DNA of 64,000 nt from Eledone cirrhosa (GCA_964016885.1 OZ024747.1:64914001-64978000), one strand, 5' to 3'; shown: positions 1 through 14,997, counted from the first letter of the stretch. Program-made: numbers and translations. The notes: generated by a model not told the origin, from the sequence alone.

Positions 1-170
1 TGGAGTATTTATAGTTCTGAGTTTAAATACTATCGTGATCAACTTTGCATTTCATCCTTCCAGAGTCGATAAAACAAAGTACCAGTAAAGTACAGGGGTT
101 GATTTAAACGACTTCTCTCTCCCCACAACACAACATTGCTGGCTTAGTGCCCACATTAAAAACATTTATT
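1..170 (+). mobile_element. SINE, major family of this window (5'-truncated by window edge)
   Basis: Diverged match to the recurrent body TTCTGAGTTCAAATCCCGCCGAGGTTAACTTTGCCTTTCATCCTTACGGGGTCGATAAAATAAAGTACCAGT...TTGCTGGCCTTGTGCC with a (TTA)n tail. Confidence 0.75.
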
Positions 171-1529
171 ATCAGGTGATGTTTTACTCTGAAATATAAA
201 TATGTCTGGAAGAAGATATAAATCAAATGTAACCATACCTGGCATCCTGACATCCTGGCATTCTGGCATCTAGAGAAGTGTTGGGAATATTGACAAATGG
301 GTGGCCCACATATATTTCAATATGGTTTATATCACTGTCAATTGTCAATTCGTTATACGAATTATATTGCGTTGGTGTAAAGGTTTCACAGAATTGTCCT
401 TCACACCACATTGTTCTTAATCCAAATGTCACTGGCTGCCACTATAAATATCATGATCCCAATGTTGGTAATATAGGTATCGGTCGCCTCTATCTCTCTC
501 TCTCTCTCTCTTATCATCCATAGTTCTCTATGTCAAAATGTTGGTAATATAGGAATCAATCATGTATCAAAATCGGTTGAGTCACTTCAATATCATTGCC
601 ATAATTGATACTCCTCGGTATTAAATTGGGAAATCAACAAAATCACTATCGAAATCCAGTGAAGGTGAACAAATTAACGGGCATACATAGCTTAGACTCC
701 ATAAATTTCATCTGAATTCCAATATTTCCATTACTGAGTATATCATTCGCCACCTGTAAGATAATAACATATGTTACAGTCATAAATATTTCAATATAAT
801 TGACAAAAATATCTAACGATGAAATCTTTAGACATGGAGTATTGTTAGGGCAATCTGTCAACCGCAATGCATCTTTAGAGATACCCCTTTAAAAAATTTA
901 TTTTCATAGAAAACTTTAACGTACAGGAAGATATCAGCAGTGATAAATCTAGGAAGAGATAAAAATAGACAAAAAAAGTGTTAGAAACAATTAGAGATCT
1001 TTAAAATATTCATGTTTGATAATCTGTTCGTATTGTCTGTCAAAAACAATAGAAATACAGAGAAAGAGAAATTGAAGCCAAACATTTGAGTATTGTGAAA
1101 TAAGTTTAAGTGGAATTCATACTCGATGTTTATGTAAAAGAAATTTAAACAGAAAAACATGAAATATTGAAATGTTTAATGTGTTTTAGAAAGTATGCTA
1201 ATTTATAAACACGTGATAATACACAAACTTAAGCATTTGGTATAAATCTCCCCTGATCCTTCTTGATAATTGGGATTATCAATCTTGATTGTCATAGCTT
1301 TGGTGCCTTTTCAGAGATCTGGGCCACCGGAACGCACTTTCTCTATTTAAGATTTTTAACATCTCGGATCGAATTTCATCCTCCCCAAAGGTCGTGGCAC
1401 ATTTGAGTGATTGAATTTCCTTCAGTACAAATACTCAGATCAAGTTACTTGCTAAACATAAAATTCCGAAATTAATTCATTTTATCATATTAAATATATT
1501 ATAAAGGCTTCTATTCTAATATCTGCCTG

Positions 1530-1850
1530 TTTATCTATCTCTCTAACTAGCTAGCCATGTATCTATCTAACTATCTAATAAACATATCTATCTATCTATC
1601 TGACTATCTGTCTGTTTACCTATCTAGCTATATCTATCTATCTATGTATCTATATATATATCCCTTTATCTACATATCAATCTCTCTATCTATCTATCAA
1701 CCTGACTATCTATCTAACTATTTGACTGTTTCTCTATCTATCTATCCATCTATCTATCTAGCTAGCTAGCTATTTATCTATCTATCAATCGATCGATTTA
1801 TCTAGCTACCTAGCTAACTATTTAGCTATCGATCTATCTATTTATCTCTC
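1530..1850. repeat. Degenerate (TCTA)n/(GCTA)n microsatellite
   Basis: Direct reading. Confidence 0.9.
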
Positions 1851-2278
1851 AGTACATACAACAATATATTTTCAAAATATCATTATGAAAGATAATGTAT
1901 TGGATTATTTCACGGCTGTTTTAGTATCATTAATCTTCGTCTAGATGAACACATGTCAAATACCATTTGCAGTTATGGAAGCAGAAAAGGGTTAATATAT
2001 GATATATCGTGATTTAAGTATTAATATATAATAAATCAGGATAATACGGATGGTTAATATGTGATAAATCATTACACTCCGTGTTAATATGTAATATATC
2101 ATGATAATATAAGTTGAGTTCATATGTAATCATTATTATAAACACACTTAAAATGTTATATATCATGGTTGATATGTTATACATCATTATGATAACGGTT
2201 AATATGTAATAATCATGAAGACAATCTAATATGTGGTAATATATTACACTATCGTCAATACATTAGGTGAAACATATA

Positions 2279-2466
2279 CAGTCAGCTCGCTTTTTACGCG
2301 GACTCGAAATACGTGAATTCGCTTTAATTCAGTTTGCGTGATTAACGGGCTATAACGTGTGTGTGGGTTTTAATTATTTTAATCACAAGAAAATTAGACG
2401 TGGATTACGCGAATTTGCTTTACGTGCCGCGTTCACGAACGCATCTTCGCGTAAAAAGCAAACACA
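2279..2466. mobile_element. Tc1/mariner (pogo/Tigger-like) MITE
   Basis: TA-CAGTCAGCTCGCTTTTTACGCG at the left end and CGCGTAAAAAGC at the right end; the outer right TIR is degraded. Confidence 0.6.
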
Positions 2467-2663
2467 TACTTCCTATATGTAGAGAAATAGGTTGAGACTT
2501 TTAGATATCCGATACTTCATGAACTACGTTGAGCGTTTTTCAGCAATTACAGGAGAATTGATCATTACTGGCAGACATAGTTGCTAGAATTGGCAAGCAA
2601 ATTCCCACAAAATCCCAAATAACATTGTGAGGGTGAATCCCTTTCATTTGTAACTATTGTTGT

Positions 2664-2934
2664 CAGGGCTGGATTTAATGGGGGGCAAATGGGGCAATTG
2701 CCCCAAGACCCCTGCAGTGGGGGACCCCACCAGCGTCTGCCATAGCAATTTATTTGTGCTCTCTACTGGCCTTTTTAGTTTTATAATGTTTAGATTTGTT
2801 TAATGTATTACCTGAATGTATAATTTCTCAATTCCAATTACTTGTGCCAAGCTGATGTTGATATGTAAAATTAGGGAGGCCCCCACCCATATCTGAAGTG
2901 CCCTGGGCCTCACCAAGGGCTAAATCCAACCTTG
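2664..2934. mobile_element. hAT-type MITE
   Basis: TIRs CAGGGCTGGATTTA / TAAATCCAACCTTG; 8-bp target duplication ATTGTTGT at 2656-2663 and 2935-2942. Confidence 0.85.
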
Positions 2935-3369
2935 ATTGTTGTTGTTGTTGCTCCATAGATTATCTCACTTGTGTTGATGACAGAAATGTCACAGTTTCCA
3001 TATCGCTATGTTGAATGTCAACAAATATTGACTCCAATAAACTTAAGTGACGTACAGCTTCCGAGAAGATAATTATCATATTGAGTTTTCTTGTTGCTTG
3101 TGAATGTTGATGAATAGCTTAAAAAAAAAAACTTTTTCATAGAATCCTAGACTTTTTATAGCTTTGAATTGAATAATAAATATATAAGTATAAAATATAT
3201 CGATAGTAAAATTTAAATATACAGAATCACTGTTATATTCGAAATACATAAAATCAAAAAGAATCTCAATAAACTTTTAACTTACAAACAGCAATCAATA
3301 AATTTGATATTGCATACATTTTTTCTCCCTCCCTCCCTCATTTTCCTTCACGTTTCACATAAGCCTATA

Positions 3370-4130
<761 letters not shown>

Positions 4131-4216
4131 CATGACAAGAGTGGAAGAAGGGTTTTTTGAGGGTGGTTTTTGATGATAACACCCCCAGTGATAAAATTTG
4201 CTCCGAACGAAATACC

Positions 4217-4307
4217 CGTGTCTGAAAGAACCTGCAGCAGTAGAATCAGCCAGATCCATACACGGACCATGACTCGAGCTACCTGCCGGCGAAACAATTG
4301 TAACACG
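4217..4307 (+). ncRNA. Type I hammerhead-like motif with long stem II (family A)
   Basis: CGTGT-CTGAAAGA-(~60 nt)-GAAA-CAATTG-TA-ACACG then AATAAA; stem I CGTGT/ACACG; the core has one extra A. Confidence 0.6.
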
Positions 4308-4362
4308 CAATAAATTAAGTCCAGATGCATCACTGATTTTTCGTTTTCTTTACACTAGAGAG

Positions 4363-4467
<105 letters not shown>

Positions 4468-4554
4468 ATATATATATATATATATATATGGAAAAGAATG
4501 AAACGAAGTTTCATTTCTCACTCTTAGTACGGCTGATATATATATATATATATA

Positions 4555-5113
4555 AAATTAGTCCTTCATCAGTGATCTTCCAACTTTCATTGGTATTTCA
4601 TCGCTTTAAAAATCTTATACCTCTAGTTGATGCGAGCAATAACAAATAAAATTATTGGGACAAGTAAAATAGGGTGAAACGAGCGAGACATGTAAACAAA
4701 CAACGATGGTATGGCAACGGAAAGATAGGAAGAGACAAGCGCATGAAATCTGTAAGCTTAAGCTTGGTGAATTCATGGGCGAGAGATACAGACCATCCGA
4801 CATGGGTGAGACGTGAGCGAGAAAAGGATTTCGCACAGGTCAAACGGAAGGAAGTGAGAGAGCGGGAGAAGAAGAGAGAGAGTGAGTAGAAGTGTGAGGA
4901 AGAGACCAGCCGAGAGAGAGTGTGACTGGCAGAGGGGGTAAAAAGAGGACAGAGATACAAAGAGAAGAGAAGCAGTAAGAAAGAAACAGACAATCGCAGC
5001 TTAGGAAAAAATATAAATATGAGAAAAATGAGGCGCTGCGTGGTTGCACATGGGTTACATATGAATAAAATTAGTCCTCCATCAGTGATCTTCCAACTTT
5101 CATTGGTATTTCA

Positions 5114-5115
<2 letters not shown>
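4555..5115. mobile_element. ~510-bp non-coding unit with ~50-bp terminal direct repeat inside (TA)n (family E)
   Basis: AAAATTAGTCCTYCATCAGTGATCTTCCAACTTTCATTGGTATTTCATC at both ends; homolog at 25497-25910. Confidence 0.8.
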
Positions 5116-5120
<5 letters not shown>

Positions 5121-5161
<41 letters not shown>

Positions 5162-5391
5162 AAGTAAGTATGTTTTGAAACAGTGAGCAGGTTAGAAAAT
5201 AGAATAGCTTTCACCATATGTTTGACTAAAGGAATTTTAGCCTGATAATGGGGTTTAGAACCCTCAGATAAATGGAAAAAGATGCATATTGATGTCCCAT
5301 GTACGTCAATACTCATCTTTTTCCATTTATCTGAGGGTTCTAAACCCCATTATCAGGTAAAATTCCTTTAGTCAAATATACGGTGAAAGGT

Positions 5392-5397
<6 letters not shown>
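5121..5397. mobile_element. Fold-back copy of tRNA-carrying family C
   Basis: Inverted arms meet at ATTGATG|TCCCATGTACGTCAAT (~5297); (TA)n on both sides; homologs at 23330-23807 and 35954-36199. Confidence 0.8.
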
Positions 5398-5439
<42 letters not shown>

Positions 5440-5440
<1 letters not shown>

Positions 5441-5636
5441 CGAAGGAAGTGTGGTAAGGAACCAGGTGGACATTAACTCACCAGAGTACTCAATACTTAG
5501 GGTAGTATAGTGGGTAATAGGAAAATGTTCAAGACTCCAACGGCAGAGCTCAAGCCGTTTCGACGGCTATTTCTGGACAGTCCAAAAATAGCCGTCGAAA
5601 CGGCTTGAGCTCTGTTGTCGGGGTTTTGAACATTTT

Positions 5637-5640
<4 letters not shown>
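5440..5640. mobile_element. Fold-back copy of family D (3' half of an HHR in each arm)
   Basis: Arms ~5517-5577 and ~5581-5641; GAAA-CGGC-TTGAGCTC..-TC-GGGG; homologs at 21835-22025, 27325-27415 and 43790-43985. Confidence 0.75.
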
Positions 5641-5702
<62 letters not shown>

Positions 5703-6687
5703 GGTTAATTTGAACCTAACTGGACAAAATGTTTAGTTTCAGCAAGACGTGTCTTCGTCTAAATATTCACTCGGATAATAGTACCTCACGTCTTGGTGAA
5801 ACTAATAATTTAAGCTTAGTTTTTTTGTGCTAAACTAATTAAATAGTTCATACTCTACGTCTGATATTGTATACTTTTATTCTATTCGTTAACATAATCG
5901 CATTTAAATAATTATATATCATATAGACATAATTTTGTGGTGTTCGGTTCACAATAGTAAGGTCACTAATTTGATTATCAGCGGCACGTTGTGTTCTTGT
6001 ACAAGACACTTTGCTTCCTGTTGTAATTTTAAGGTTAGCTTTGTTACACATTGTGTCACACTCAATATCTTTAAAAGTTATCTTAAAGTTGAACACATCT
6101 ATGGTATACGCAGCCAATCACACGTTAATTTCACATACAGGCTGTACCATTGATTGAACAACTTGAACACTCATCGGCGAAACTGAAGAAGGTCCATTCC
6201 ATCCAGATTAATTTACCTTTATCACATTAGTTACTTGATTACACTGCAGTTTTGTCAGTATCATGATGTATTAACGTTAATGAGGCTAATGAGGTCTACA
6301 TCGCCTGAAACCTGGAGGACCCGATAACTATGATAGTGAGTTTTTGGTATATATTGTTGGAGTAAATTCCCTAGCAAGTCTTAATCATTGACTCAGATTT
6401 GTAATACAGTTTAATATAAAGAATTTGATAGTATTCATAAGGTGGTCGATGTAAAGTGAAGACATACATTAATACATACATACCAAGTGACGTATACAGG
6501 AAGGGAGACACAAATACACACATACACATTCACACACACATCCACACACATACACGCGCACACATATATACTAAATCACATTACATTTTATATGCATTCA
6601 ATTTAAATAGATTTTCTTATACATTATATAAATATATATATATATATATATATACTTATATATATATGTATAATACATATATATGTG

Positions 6688-6749
<62 letters not shown>

Positions 6750-6767
6750 TATACACATATATATATG

Positions 6768-6835
<68 letters not shown>

Positions 6836-6848
6836 CACACATATATGA

Positions 6849-6919
<71 letters not shown>

Positions 6920-7519
6920 TGTATATGTGTGTGTGTGTATATGTATGTATGTGTGTATGTATGTATGTGTATATAAAGAATTCTATTTAAAATGAATATA
7001 TATGAACTTTAATCAATTTCTTGTTGGATACGTCGTGATATTTTCAGGATGTACATAATGAATTCCATTGAAAGAGGAAATAAAGTTAGGTTAACTGTAT
7101 GAAAAAAATCTTTATGCTGGAACTCATATTTTTAAGTGCTGAAAACAAGTCTGACGCAAAGTTTTTCAATAAACATTTTTGCATTTACATCTACAATATC
7201 AACAAATGGTTTATTCATTAAGGATACAGAATAACGATAAATAATAAATAATCATTATCATCAGTTAAACATTTGTAATTTCTAAATAGGGGGATCTAAA
7301 TACGCGTCTAGCACCGTACTTTATTTTTGTCATTTCTTTGAAGATAGACGACAGAATTGCCAATTAGATCTACTACACTTTTTATAACAAATTACCTGAA
7401 ACGACCCCTGATTATGCGATATAAAGTGGTTCGATTTAAAATGTTCATGTTTATCGAAATATTCACCATAATAATTTCATGTAAGAACATTTGTTGTGTT
7501 ATGCTCCAATTACCAATAA

Positions 7520-7680
7520 TGAGAACGTTTAGAGTTCAAATCCCGTCATGGTTAACTTTGTCTTTCATCCTTATGGGGTTTGATGAAATAAAGTACCAGT
7601 AATGAATTGGGGTCGATATAACTGACTTTCCCCCCACCCCAAAATTGTTGTCCTTGTGCCTAAATCAGAAACCAATAATG
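7520..7680 (+). mobile_element. SINE, major family (diverged)
   Basis: GAGTTCAAATCCCG...CTTTCATCCTTATGGGG...AATAAAGTACCAGT. Confidence 0.75.
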
Positions 7681-8886
7681 AGAAGGTCTGATATATAACT
7701 AACTCATTTCAAATTCTTGAATATTTTCAAACAGGTTTAAGATCAGATTTGTTTCTCAGAAATCGGAACCAGCGAATTATGTCTGGTTTGTCTCTAAGGC
7801 AGTATTAACAAATATTAACCCCACATCTATATCTAAATTATCAAGAAACCTTTCAATAACGTTTAAATGTCATGAAAATCTCTGCATCTATCTTCTCTAT
7901 TTACCTACCTATATATCTGTACACACACACACGCACACACAAACACACACGCACACACGCATACATACACACACACACACACACCTCTCTACCTATCATT
8001 CAATTTATCTATCACTCTGTCTGTCTGTATATATGTATGTATGTATGTATAAGTGCATGTATGTATATGTATGAATGTAATCATTCGTAAATCCATGTTT
8101 TTTTTTCCATTTTTTTTTCTCTATTTTTACTTTGATGCTTTTTCCGATGAACGACTCACAACTAAAACGTTAAACACGTACATATTTTTCTGAATATTCA
8201 CCTAATGACAGGAATTTATATTTCATACTGCCTACTGTTATTTCTATTTTACCTACCACTTATGTATATGTGTCAATGTGTGTGTGTGAACTATATGTGT
8301 ATGTGTGAGTGTGTGTGTATGTGTGTCTTTATGTACAAATCCATTCCATGGTGTACTTTATGATGCTACGCATATGCGACATGGTATTTTGTACTTAGAA
8401 CTGTGTTCCTATGATAGAACAATGTTCTATTCGGTGAAATATTTACCTCTTCTCTGCTGAACACACTCTAGTATGTTTTGTCGGCTTCATCCAAGAAGAT
8501 GTTTTTTTACGAAATCATTAGAAGTGCAAAAAAAAAATAGAAGTGAGATATCTGTAAATTCCCGCTCTACAAACGTTTGCAAAAATAGATACATTAGACA
8601 ATGAATATACCAAATTGAAGGATTGTAATGGATAGAATGTTTTTACATCCCAGATTTTTCATCATGGCTGATATAAAGCTAAACATCATCCAAAGCAACA
8701 ACATAATCAACAACAACAGTCGCCATTAAAGCTAGAACTTAGAATCAACTTTCAAATGCAATTCATGGATTTCGAGGAAAATAGCCTGTAGCAATGTTGA
8801 TGTACATTATAGTTGATTGATTATCCTGTAGTATACTCCATGGCCAGTTTATGATAGTGGCATCGTATAGAATATATATATAATTC

Positions 8887-8921
<35 letters not shown>

Positions 8922-8924
8922 AGA

Positions 8925-9117
<193 letters not shown>

Positions 9118-10029
9118 TACATATATATGCATACATATATATACATATATGTATATATATGGCTTTATATATATATATTATATATATATATATATCGTAA
9201 AAATAACAGTGTATATGAATAATATAATCTCTCAACTGTTCTATCCAATACATTCATTTCCCCCTTGATTCTACAGTATATCAAAATATATTCAACGCAT
9301 AAAGCATTACAAAAGAAAACAAGAGAAAAATGAAATAAACATATATATATGTACCCCTCTCTCTCTAAAGAAAGCAATATATTTCAGATTTATAAATAAT
9401 ACAATATAAATGTAAAGAAATTGACAAAGAAAGTTTGAAACGTTTTGCTTACATGTTCTTTGAGAATTCGGTTTTAAGAAATAGGAAAAAGATATATTCG
9501 TAGCGACAAACCCTTTCTCGGCAAATGTACATTAGTTTGTATCAATTGAGGTTTATTTTAAAACTATAAAAACGATCCAGCCGTCAAGCTTTCTTCCTCT
9601 CGTTTTTTATCACTGCTTCATACTTCTAATAAATTACAATTTTCCCTTTATTCTGACTAAATTCATTTATTTTTGCATTATATTTATTAGAAAATCCAGT
9701 GCAGATAACAGAGTGTTATATACGTTATACGCCATTACATATATATGTATGTAAGCGTTTATGTATGTATATATATGTATGAAGATATATATAAATATAT
9801 ATATATTCACATGTGAGCGATGGTGTGAGTTTTGTGTATACGTGTTATATAAGAAAACACGGCTGTATTTGATTTTTCACATTTCTCTATGAGTTTACAA
9901 TATTTGGTGTAAAAAAATAGAGTTCCGGATTACTTGTATATAGGTTCAGTTCCTAACGTAAAATACCACTGTTATAGTCTTTGGAAGGGAAGATGTTGTA
10001 CACACACGCACAAACACACACATTTGCGC

Positions 10030-10465
10030 TTCATCAGCCATGTCATACCTAGGCCCAGAGAGTGTTGGCAGTAGATGAAGCGCGTCACCAATGGAATTTG
10101 ACCTTTCCACAAGAAGTTGAAGAGCAAACGTTCCAATTTAACGAGGGTTGAACGGGGGCAAGACACGACAGTCAGGTGATAATAGATGGCGGGCGCGTTG
10201 TTGGGGTTCGTCACCTCCACCCGACCTTTCAGGGACATCTTCCTCTTGGCGCATATCTCGGTAAGAGGGGCCAGCCTGCCTGTTACTTCGTCTCAGTTCT
10301 TATCTAGCTGGAGGTCTGGTGCATACCAGATCCCGAGCAACTTCACCGATTTATCCATCCAACGTCAAACAGCGCTGTTGCAAGGAATGGTTTGCCTCCC
10401 CACTGACTTTTCCGGGTTCAGTTTGGTTCCCGTCAACCTTTCATATTCTTCTAAGGTCAAGCATA
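10030..10465 (-). pseudogene. Tx1/L1-clade non-LTR retrotransposon RT fragment
   Basis: Translates to EEYERLTGTKLNPEKS...VKLLGIWY...MSLKGRVEV...KLERLLFNFLWKG...GLG, with stops and a frameshift. Confidence 0.8.
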
Positions 10466-10611
10466 CATTGTAAGTCTATGAAATTTTAGTTATACTAAAT
10501 ATGATCTCTTGTAATAGATTGAGCATTGTTTCCTTAGCGTTTTATCTACGAATATTCTGCATTAATATATAGATATATATTTACATATATATATATATAT
10601 ATATACATATA

Positions 10612-10675
<64 letters not shown>

Positions 10676-10678
<3 letters not shown>

Positions 10679-10870
10679 TAAAATAACAGATTAAACTTTA
10701 AGCAAAGAATCGCTGCTTTCACTTTTAACGGGATCTTCTGAAACTAAAAAAAAAGTCTGTGGACGCATAAGTAAATATTTCGAAAAACGTTGCAACCGAA
10801 GGAAAACAGGAAGACGATACTTTGGTTCGTGAAGACGTTCCCTGGCAATGAACGAAAAAAAGCAGAAATT
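10676..10870. repeat. Unclassified TA-flanked repeat; second copy at 23835-23990
   Basis: Shared ATAACAGATTAAASTTTAAGCAAAGAATCGCTGCTTTCACT...AAAAACGTTGCAACCG. Confidence 0.75.
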
Positions 10871-10889
10871 ATATTTGTGTGTGTGTGGG

Positions 10890-11205
10890 CATTAATGTAT
10901 GGTCCTGTAATTCCTGAGTCGTAGGGTCACGATATTGACATACCGGCATTTTAAGCCTAGTGGAGCCCGTCCCTCTCCAGGCCAAACTACAGCAGACATC
11001 TTCCAGAGAAAGATAGATAGTGAGAGAGAGGAAATGAGAAAGAGATATAGAAGAATTGACCCCAGTACTAGACTGATACTTTTTTTATCGACCTCGAATG
11101 GATGAAAGGCAAAGTTGACCTCGGCGGGATTTGAACTCAGAGAGAAGATATCCGGTATGAATACCATAAAGCATTCTATCCGACATTCTAACAACTCTGC
11201 CAATT
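10890..11205 (-). mobile_element. SINE related to the major family, with a different tail; similar copy at 59985-60270
   Basis: TTTTATCGACCTCGAATGGATGAAAGGCAAAGTTGACCTCGGCGGGATTTGAACTCAGA. Confidence 0.75.
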
Positions 11206-11814
11206 CTAGAAAACTAGTTGATAGTTTCTGTTATATATAATATTACTGGCAATGTATATTCTATTATTGTAGTGGTTGTGTCATGGTGACCTTTTAGTCT
11301 TTGTGACTTTTTTGTCTCATATGAAATATTCAACATATCATACATGACACAGAAACATGAAATAGCAGCATTCATTTTCACAATTAGTTGTTAAATATCT
11401 TTTTTTTTTAGTAATTATTCAATAAAATGTTCGGTTTATAGTAGTTGTGTGACTCTATCTTCTTTTACGTAATTATCAAATATATTACCTCAACTTCGGA
11501 TAAATTTACTGACAAATGGTTCTCAACATCGTTTGTCATTTTATGACAAGAATTATACTTTGAAAAATATTTTAAGCAGAAAATATAATGGGAGACGTAT
11601 TTTTAATGTTTAGCAGTTTCTATAAACAGAGGAAGTGATTAAGTGACTCAATAGATGCCGCTGTATAATTATTGTCACCTGAAATAGCTAATCGGCCATT
11701 GCATATATATTGCATATTATATCTTTCATCACAGTGCAAATGAACATGTACGTATTCACATACCGTATGTATATAGAGGGAGATTAATACACATACACAT
11801 ATGCGCATACACCC

Positions 11815-11845
<31 letters not shown>

Positions 11846-11902
11846 ATGTATTTATATATACGCATATATCCATATAATATATATATATATTTACACACAC
11901 AC

Positions 11903-11972
<70 letters not shown>

Positions 11973-11975
<3 letters not shown>

Positions 11976-12312
11976 TATTGGAGGTGCAAATTAGTTGCGT
12001 CCGTAGGCGGTATGCCAAGATGAGCAGAGTATCAATATTAGTAATATATAAGGGAACAAAAAATCAGTCTTGTATCATATACATTATTTAATTACATATT
12101 TCATATGTTTCACTGTCTATCAGCTTGAGGAATCTATTGATTATTGATCCTGACTCTGGAATCGGACGCTCCTCAAATATATAGATGCGAGAATCAGGAA
12201 CGATCATTAATCAAATGTTCTTCGAGCTGATCGACAGTGAAACATATGTAATATGTAATTAAATGTGTAAATGATACAACACTGATTCTTTGTTCCCTTT
12301 AGTTCAACATTA
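11973..12312. mobile_element. Fold-back copy of HHR family I with diverged arms
   Basis: Arms ~12051-12175 and ~12190-12300; minus arm ATAT-TTGAGGA-(long stem II)-GAAA-CATATG-AA-ATAT; plus arm GAAA-CATATG-TA-ATAT. Confidence 0.7.
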
Positions 12313-12337
12313 TATTTATATATATATATATATATAG

Positions 12338-12650
<313 letters not shown>

Positions 12651-12971
12651 ACAAACATTTTATCTATATCTTAACTAATTAATAGCATGTATATAACCCC
12701 ATAGTATTGTTTGTGAGGGTGGACAGCAGAATGTATGTATGTCGTTGAGGTTAATACTATGGAGTGGCATAACTGTTACGGATTAGTCAATATATCGATA
12801 ACATATTCGCTCATTTTGCCCTCTAAACTACTCAATCTTGCTTCGATGGGATATCAACATCAACATTACATTGAGTTTTAATAGGGTTATAAGTCCTGGC
12901 TTAATTTAGTAGAACACAATTGAGTATAGAAATAGGATTTAACTTCAAGCATAGCTGTATAAAGATATGTA

Positions 12972-13049
12972 TAGAAATTTTGTATTTCTAAAGAAACACG
13001 GTATTTAGGAAGCCGTAGCTATGCAAACACCAGGGCTAACGCTCTCTTA

Positions 13050-13116
<67 letters not shown>

Positions 13117-13562
13117 TCGACAGTCGATCGACTTTCGTCAAATCGCACAGAGGAAACAATGTTTCCGTCGGTCTTTCCAATTGCTAATACTATCTGCCAG
13201 ACGCAAATCCAGGCAGAAGGAGCAACGGGAAAAGTATCTTGCTCAAGGACATAACGCATCGCTCGGTCCAGGAATTTAACTCACAATCCCATGTTTGTGA
13301 ATTCAATTCTCTTACCACTCAACCACACGCGTTCACTATATATATATTGAGAGAGAGAGAAATATATGCTTTCGCTGTATTTTTGTCTAAAGAAATTTCT
13401 TTATGCAAAGATACGGCGAAAACTTCTATTTATATTTTTCAAACTCGCTCGCTGTTTCAAAATAAACTTACTAATATATATAGAGAGAGAGAGAATAAGA
13501 GGGCGTTAGCCCAGTGTTTGCATAGCTACGGCTTCCTAAATACCGTGTTTCTTTAGAAATAC
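12972..13562. repeat. ~85-bp inverted repeat pair (12972-13060 / 13480-13562) enclosing a SINE and a family-C-like fold-back (13360-13475)
   Basis: GTATTTCTAAAGAAACACGGTATTTAGGAAGCCGTAGCTATGCAAACAC and its reverse complement. Confidence 0.8.
13100..13337 (-). mobile_element. tRNA-derived SINE (second family); related copy at 48310-48600 (+)
   Basis: Minus strand GTGAACGCGTGTGGTTGAGTGGTAAG (A box)...GAGTTAAATTCC (B box)...TGTCCTTGAGCAAGATACTT. Confidence 0.75.
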
Positions 13563-13660
13563 GATCCCCATAGTTAATTCATTTGGCAGTCAATAAATTA
13601 ACTATGGAGATATAAAAGATGCAGAAGCGAAAAACAACCAAACAGTGAGTGTGTTCTATA

Positions 13661-13701
<41 letters not shown>

Positions 13702-13840
13702 TGCGGCGAAAAATGGGGGGGGTTATACCCGTAATAAGTAGAGCACTCAGTCCAGAGGACAAGTTCGGTGTAGATTTAGTTCCACAGCAAAATAGGAAAC
13801 CATACTCGAGGAAGCTCGTTTCACCCACCAGATTTTTTAA

Positions 13841-13891
<51 letters not shown>

Positions 13892-13931
13892 CCTCTCTCT
13901 CTCTCTCTCCATATATATATAGAGATATATA

Positions 13932-14238
13932 CGAGATGTGTCAGAAAAGTAACAGGACTTATTGTGGTGTGTGGGCTCTGAGTGGCGTAGGTGTTAGCGG
14001 ATTGCGCGACCATGTGACATAATATCCATGTAGTATAGAAATGGGATATCATCTCTCTGCAGCCAATGTATGTTTTTTGACGTGCTTTTGTCAATAGCTC
14101 CTTGTTTTAGGCCATCAGAAGCAGTCGGAATAGAGCAGCAAGTGTACGGAAATGAGACTGGTTTCGAGTGGCACCAAAGGCTCAAGTATCGAGTACTATG
14201 GTGAGCAATGTCTAACCAGTTTCTTACTGTATCCATCT

Positions 14239-14240
<2 letters not shown>
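13932..14240 (+). mobile_element. mariner internal-deletion derivative
   Basis: TA-CGAGATGTGTCAGAAAAGT left TIR and a degraded right TIR; residual QQVYGNE..FEWHQRLK resembles the mariner transposase HTH region. Confidence 0.65.
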
Positions 14241-14272
<32 letters not shown>

Positions 14273-14361
14273 TTCCGAAGAGATTGTTTTGGTAAAAACA
14301 GGAGCAAGCAGGAGAAAGCTCTCAACATTCATAGTTTGGAGTTACGATGGAGATTCAGTAT

Positions 14362-14550
14362 AATAATTATTTCTACTTTTGGCACAAGGCCAGCAATTAT
14401 GTCAGTGCATTACTGATACTTTATTTATCGACCCCGTAAGGATGAAAGGCAAAGTTAACCTCGGCGGGATTTGAACTCAGACAATAAAGGGCCGTAACGC
14501 TATGCTGCAAAGCATGGCGTCCGACCCTCTACCGATACTGCCAATCCACC
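14362..14550 (-). mobile_element. SINE, major family
   Basis: Near full-length reverse complement of the family consensus. Confidence 0.85.
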
Positions 14551-14599
14551 TAACATTAATAAAGATGCTAATGTAACAACATCAGCATTTTTATTAATG

Positions 14600-14670
<71 letters not shown>

Positions 14671-14683
14671 CATATATATATAC

Positions 14684-14730
<47 letters not shown>

Positions 14731-14757
14731 TACATATATATATACATATATATATAC

Positions 14758-14820
<63 letters not shown>

Positions 14821-14949
14821 TTAAAAACTGAATATTAAAGATTTAAAATTAAAATTAAGTGTGTTGGAGTAAGTTTTTTTTCCCCTCATTCTTGCTCAAA
14901 AGAGGACTGGACTCCAGTTTTTAATTCCTATTAATTCTTTTTAATACTT

Positions 14950-14997
14950 AACATTTGATGAGATGAATTTTGATAATACATCGAAACCGGTAATATT
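14950..14997 (+). ncRNA. Minimal type I hammerhead motif (C3U core variant)
   Basis: AACAT-TTGATGA-GATG..CATC-GAAA-CCGG-TA-ATATT; palindromic stem III, GUA triplet. Confidence 0.65.

Noticed and set aside
1361-1430. Minus-strand CTGAAGG...GAAA-TTCGA-TC hammerhead-like words
   Set aside because: Stems I and II do not pair convincingly.
5700-6330. Imperfect inverted repeat (TTAGTTTCAGCAAGACGTG / CACGTCTTGGTGAAACTAA) and CTAATGA..GAAACCTGGAGG
   Set aside because: Possibly old members of the HHR system, but the cores are too degenerate to call.
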